Shown here: positions 60,546 to 64,000 of the stretch, piece by piece | Layout of the letters: the number at the start of each line of letters is the position of its first letter | Position numbering within the stretch: position 1 is the stretch's first letter | Virus record (IMG/VR): IMGVR_UViG_3300020331_000002 | Strand: one strand, 5' to 3' | Origin: a virus | Taxonomy: Duplodnaviria; Caudoviricetes | Length of the DNA: 64,000 nt | The notes under the pieces: generated by a model | Told to the model about the DNA's origin: nothing | The model's input: the letters and a program-made list of their open reading frames with translations, nothing else | Database searches by the model: none | Made by a program: the position numbers and the translations under genes

Positions 60546-61025
60546 TTATTTGATCTGCAATATGCTTGCTACTTGTCGTAATGCGACTTCGCGCATCGCT
60601 TGCGACTTGTATCTTTCTTGCATAAAACTCAAAAGTTGGTTTATGCCATCTTCGAAATCATCATACGCAGAGTTAGGGTCACCAATACCGTAAGCACCGA
60701 TGATAACACCGTTAGCAAAGTATTCACCGTCTTCTGCTATTTCAAGGACTTCGGCTTCTTCTTTAGCTTGCGCGGCCTGGATGACCTTAGTAGCAAACTC
60801 GTACGGAGCCATAGCGCCATATGATAAGAGTTGCTTGCCTACTTTTTGCGTATAAGACTCTACCGAACCTTGTTCTATACCGTATATTAACGCCGACGCT
60901 TTATCGTAAAACTGATCAACTGATATAGCATCAGAGTTTTCCGAAATAGCTGTGTCAATATTTTGATTTAATGGCTCGGATTGACCTTCCATTAAATTCA
61001 TTATTTTGCGCATCTGATCTGACAC
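60546..61025 (-). CDS. candidate internal head protein
   Basis: MSDQMRKIMNLME; GCGTAAATAAGCTATAT upstream. Confidence 0.7.
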   Translation of the reverse strand: MSDQMRKIMNLMEGQSEPLNQNIDTAISENSDAISVDQFYDKASALIYGIEQGSVESYTQKVGKQLLSYGAMAPYEFATKVIQAAQAKEEAEVLEIAEDGEYFANGVIIGAYGIGDPNSAYDDFEDGINQLLSFMQERYKSQAMREVALRQVASILQIK

Positions 61026-61075
61026 TTAGTATCTCCTATAAACTATTCGTATATAGCTTATTTACGCATTTAAGT

Positions 61076-61152
61076 TGGAAGGGGTGGCAGGATTCGAACC
61101 TGCGAGTACCGGGATCAAAGCCCGGGGCCTTAGACCGCTTGGCAACACCCCT
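61076..61152 (-). tRNA. trnQ: tRNA-Gln(UUG)
   Basis: CCGGG-CTTTGAT-CCCGG, CCA. Confidence 0.93.
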
Positions 61153-61158
61153 ACAAAC

Positions 61159-61235
61159 TGGTCGGTGTAAGACGACTTGAACGTCTGACCCCTTGGTCCC
61201 AAACCAAGTGCTCTACCAAACTGAGCTATACACCG
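61159..61235 (-). tRNA. trnP: tRNA-Pro(UGG)
   Basis: CTTGG-TTTGGGA-CCAAG, CCA. Confidence 0.95.
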
Positions 61236-61241
61236 TTTAAC

Positions 61242-61319
61242 TGGTTGTCCCTGCTGGATTTGAACCAGCGATCAGCGATTATCAGTCGCACGCTTTAGAC
61301 CAGACTAAGCTAAGGGACA
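61242..61319 (-). tRNA. trnI: tRNA-Ile(GAU)
   Basis: GCGA-CTGATAA-TCGC, CCA. Confidence 0.92.
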
Positions 61320-61327
61320 ATAAACCT

Positions 61328-62428
61328 TTATCGTTTACGTAGAGTAATCTCAACGCCTTTAATTGCATTGAGTTCATCTACGATTTGTTGAGGATCTACC
61401 TCTATGTCGGTACGACGTCTAGGCACATACTCAATGTCTCTACCTATTAATTGAATACGTTTAGGCAAAACACGCAATATAAACGGACCACCAACCTGTA
61501 GATTTCTATTAGTTAGGTCATAGTAATAACCGAGCATTTTGAGCGCTTTCGCCACTTCGTCCGATACTACTTGTTTTTTCACCTGTTTTGATGGCTTGTC
61601 CGAAACGACATACTCTTCTGCAGGTGTATCGTCGTCATACTCAAGTGCTAACTCAACCACAGCCTTTACGTGTTTCTTTGCAATAAACAAAACGCCGTCG
61701 TCCATGTCATGCTCTTCGTCATCTAATTCAAGATCCGAAACAAGACCAGCGATTTCACTTGCTGACCACCCGGGCATGGTTAATTGTACCATATTACGCT
61801 TGGACTCTCTGACTGACTTTTTCGGACCGTTGCTTTGGCTAGCATAATACTTACTGAACTCTTCGTCAGCATATTCAGCCATTTCTTCAATGAAATCCCA
61901 GCGAGGGCCATCTTCAGCATATGCCAAATCCGGAACTATTTTTGTCAGCACTTCGTTTTCAACTGCCGACCCATCATCATCTAGAATTGCGCGGGTCAAG
62001 TCATGTAAGCGATCTCTGTCGTCGCCAAATAACTCGTTGCCAGCGTCATGTGCCATGCCATCTAATTTAGACATCAAACGGCCGAAAACATGTCTTCTTG
62101 CTTTAGCATGAATGTTCTGCGATTCTTGAGATTGTTCTGCTATTTGTATATCAAACGATACGCTACCGTAGCCGAGCTTGGCAATTGCCCTTTCAACGGC
62201 GTCTTCGTTAGTTCCAGAGAACGTTACAAAAGCAACTAAATCACGGCCTCTTATTTCAGCCTCGTGTACTTGACCGTATTCATCAAGGATATCTTCAATA
62301 GCATAACCGTCGCTACTATCAACACCTGATACGACCACACGGTAGCGGCCTTCTAAGCGATACTCTTCGGCGCTTTCGTTAACACCTTCAACTAAATTCA
62401 TTAATTCGCGCATTTTTTCAGACATCAT
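61328..62428 (-). CDS. candidate internal head protein (multi-domain, acidic)
   Basis: MSEKMRELMNLVE; GCGTAAATAAGCTATAT upstream. Confidence 0.7.
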   Translation of the reverse strand: MMSEKMRELMNLVEGVNESAEEYRLEGRYRVVVSGVDSSDGYAIEDILDEYGQVHEAEIRGRDLVAFVTFSGTNEDAVERAIAKLGYGSVSFDIQIAEQSQESQNIHAKARRHVFGRLMSKLDGMAHDAGNELFGDDRDRLHDLTRAILDDDGSAVENEVLTKIVPDLAYAEDGPRWDFIEEMAEYADEEFSKYYASQSNGPKKSVRESKRNMVQLTMPGWSASEIAGLVSDLELDDEEHDMDDGVLFIAKKHVKAVVELALEYDDDTPAEEYVVSDKPSKQVKKQVVSDEVAKALKMLGYYYDLTNRNLQVGGPFILRVLPKRIQLIGRDIEYVPRRRTDIEVDPQQIVDELNAIKGVEITLRKR

Positions 62429-62472
62429 TGTCTCCCATAAACTATGTCATATAGCTTATTTACGCAGGTAAT

Positions 62473-62572
62473 TGGTGGACCCCCGCGGACTTGCACCACA
62501 CGCCTCAATACTACCCCCACTTTATTTCTTTTAAGACACCGGATTTACAGTCCGGGGTGGGGAAAGGGATCC
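62473..62572 (-). tRNA. arm-rearranged tRNA-Tyr(GUA)-like RNA
   Basis: GGATCCC/GGGGTCC; CCCCAC/GTGGGG stem enclosing CCGGA-CTGTAAA-TCCGG; T arm, ACCA. Confidence 0.7.
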
Positions 62573-62634
62573 TTAATCTGTTACAAAAAACTGTTTTGGG
62601 AGGGGTCGCTACCAACCCCTCAATAAAACAATTC

Positions 62635-63126
62635 TTAAAAGTGCGGGTTTCTGTCATTGTGAACACCGCGTGCAAGCGTCCAAGTGCCTGCGCGTTTATA
62701 AGTAGCAGTGTTGCCTTGACGCCAAAACACTCCGCCGTCGCTTGTTGTAACTTTCTTCATAGTTTTAGAAATCTTTTCAATTGTACCGCACGGATACCAG
62801 TCACCGTTGAAACCGTAACTTACTACGTCACCAATCTTTGGCATGCGCTCTACTGCATAATCATCGTGACGCTCTACAGCAATATAGGTATCACCGGTTT
62901 CTTCACTTAACTGCTCAGCGATTCGTTGCGCAATAAAGCTAGAGCCGCAATAATTAAGGGTAACAAACTGGGTCATTATTTCTTTGTAAAAGTCCGGCGC
63001 TTTTTCTTCATCGCCGCCTGCCATCTTTAGTGCAGTTTCACGGACTTCTTCTGCCCATGCTTCAGTGTAGTCTTCGTTACGATCAATAATGTTACCAGTT
63101 TCTAAATCTACTCTATAATGTATCAT
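62635..63126 (-). CDS. hypothetical early protein
   Basis: ORF track; promoter-like AT tract upstream. Confidence 0.65.
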   Translation of the reverse strand: MIHYRVDLETGNIIDRNEDYTEAWAEEVRETALKMAGGDEEKAPDFYKEIMTQFVTLNYCGSSFIAQRIAEQLSEETGDTYIAVERHDDYAVERMPKIGDVVSYGFNGDWYPCGTIEKISKTMKKVTTSDGGVFWRQGNTATYKRAGTWTLARGVHNDRNPHF

Positions 63127-63227
63127 AATTTGCTACCTTGTGTTTGTTTAATCAACCTACACAGACATAATAGCAAAATGACATTCAAGTACAAGACTTG
63201 TTTGAAAATAATTTAAAATATATTTTG

Positions 63228-63311
63228 CACAGCGGACGGGTCTCGAACCCGCAATGCGATATTCGCGCTGCCTTGAAAGGGCAGTGACTTTACCAGTTTG
63301 TCCACCGCTGT
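63228..63311 (-). tRNA. trnE: tRNA-Glu(UUC) with long variable arm, CCA not encoded
   Basis: CTGCC-CTTTCAA-GGCAG; GCG-AATAT-CGC V stem. Confidence 0.85.
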
Positions 63312-63383
63312 GGAAAATATACTTATTCTGGGCAAAAATAAAGCGACTTAATAGCCGCTTGATCATGGCATTAAGGGTTGTTA

Positions 63384-64000
63384 CTATGCGCGTCTGCGAA
63401 CAGCTATTCCTAGTACCGCTAAAAGCGCAAGCGCTAATGATCCCGGTTCCGGAACCGCTGTTACGCCATCTAACTGCAAATCATATGAACGCTGCATTAG
63501 CCCAGTATCAGGCGATGCAATATTACCGCGCACTTGGATGGCTCCTATATTTGTGAAGTCAGTATTACTAAATTCACTCGAAAGGAAAAACGCATCACGT
63601 CCTGGACGATCAACGCCCGGTATCGGTAACTCAACAGTTTCGGCGGTTCCGTTAGGACCTGACCAAAACGTTACGTCAAACCAAGCATCCAAATCTGATT
63701 CAATCATAGTTGTAATGAATTTTATCGGGCCGCCGATAGCAGTTAAGTCAAGTCCGCCTAAGCCGAAAGGATTAATTGCATTTGATCCGTCAACGCCGTC
63801 CCATTGAATGGTAAACATTGATTCATTACCTGCGCCTGAACTAAAGAAAAAGTTATCAGCCGCTACGTTTACAGAAGCGCCTTGGTTGTACACGTCAACA
63901 ACGCTTGTTATTTCTAAATCTCGTTCTCCACCGATCATAGAACCCAATACCGAGCTAAACAAAGTTTCGCCTTGCATCACTGCTAATGGTCCTTGATCAT
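63384..64000 (-). CDS. PEP-CTERM protein, 5'-truncated by window end
   Basis: C-terminal VPEPGSLALALLAVLGIAVRRRA; frame open to window end. Confidence 0.9.
   Translation of the reverse strand, partial: DQGPLAVMQGETLFSSVLGSMIGGERDLEITSVVDVYNQGASVNVAADNFFFSSGAGNESMFTIQWDGVDGSNAINPFGLGGLDLTAIGGPIKFITTMIESDLDAWFDVTFWSGPNGTAETVELPIPGVDRPGRDAFFLSSEFSNTDFTNIGAIQVRGNIASPDTGLMQRSYDLQLDGVTAVPEPGSLALALLAVLGIAVRRRA

Larger units (their letters stand above)
2553..62462. promoter_or_regulatory. dispersed T4-type late promoter motif (C/G/A/T)TAAATA, ~19 copies
   Basis: Copies ~20-70 nt upstream of starts at 2553, 4601, 21558, 25474, 26347, 35598, 37638, 39768, 45523, 48921, 49885, 54396, 55636, 56557, 57216, 58690, 59233, 61059, 62457. 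Confidence 0.75.

Noticed and set aside
63254-63556. Plus-strand 100-aa ORF
   Set aside because: It is antisense to tRNA-Glu and the PEP-CTERM gene.
1-64000. CRISPR array, integrase or IS element
   Set aside because: No regularly spaced direct repeats and no recombinase or transposase motifs were seen.
24400-64000. Numerous plus-strand ORFs in the minus-strand region, and minus-strand ORFs within 2.6-24 kb
   Set aside because: They are antisense shadows of real genes or tRNAs, with no RBS and no recognisable motifs.

Overview
This 64-kb window looks like part of a large lytic dsDNA phage genome (T4-like/jumbo myovirus-type organisation, standard genetic code). The host is probably a proteobacterium, judging from the ArfA-like, PEP-CTERM and holin/SLT genes. 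Positions ~2.6-24.4 kb (+ strand) hold a 1037-aa Calx-beta repeat protein, a PD-(D/E)xK nuclease-like ORF, a T4 DsbA-like protein, a Gfo/Idh/MocA + Zn-dependent dehydrogenase pair abutting a family B DNA polymerase, a probable sliding clamp, a TGT/DpdA-like transglycosylase with QueE (7-deazaguanine pathway), RNase H/5'-exonuclease, glutaredoxin and a subtilase-PP-loop fusion. Positions 24.4-64 kb (- strand) are accessory: many small hypothetical genes, an unlisted ArfA-like ribosome-rescue gene with its hairpin, MazG-like, TOPRIM, SPFH, YqeY and PEP-CTERM genes, and about 20 canonical tRNAs. The most striking signals, read by eye and not computed, are four. (1) A set of non-canonical tRNA-derived RNAs: tRNAs carrying a shared hairpin-CAGCA insert in the anticodon arm, two tRNAs with rearranged arm order, a minihelix, and several 150-210 nt CCA-ended RNAs. 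(2) Seven or more late genes sharing an N-terminal MRKLMNLME-type peptide, likely a capsid-targeting signal, nearly all behind TAAATA late promoters. (3) A possible extended deazaguanine DNA-hypermodification module. (4) An S8 protease fused to an ATP pyrophosphatase domain.
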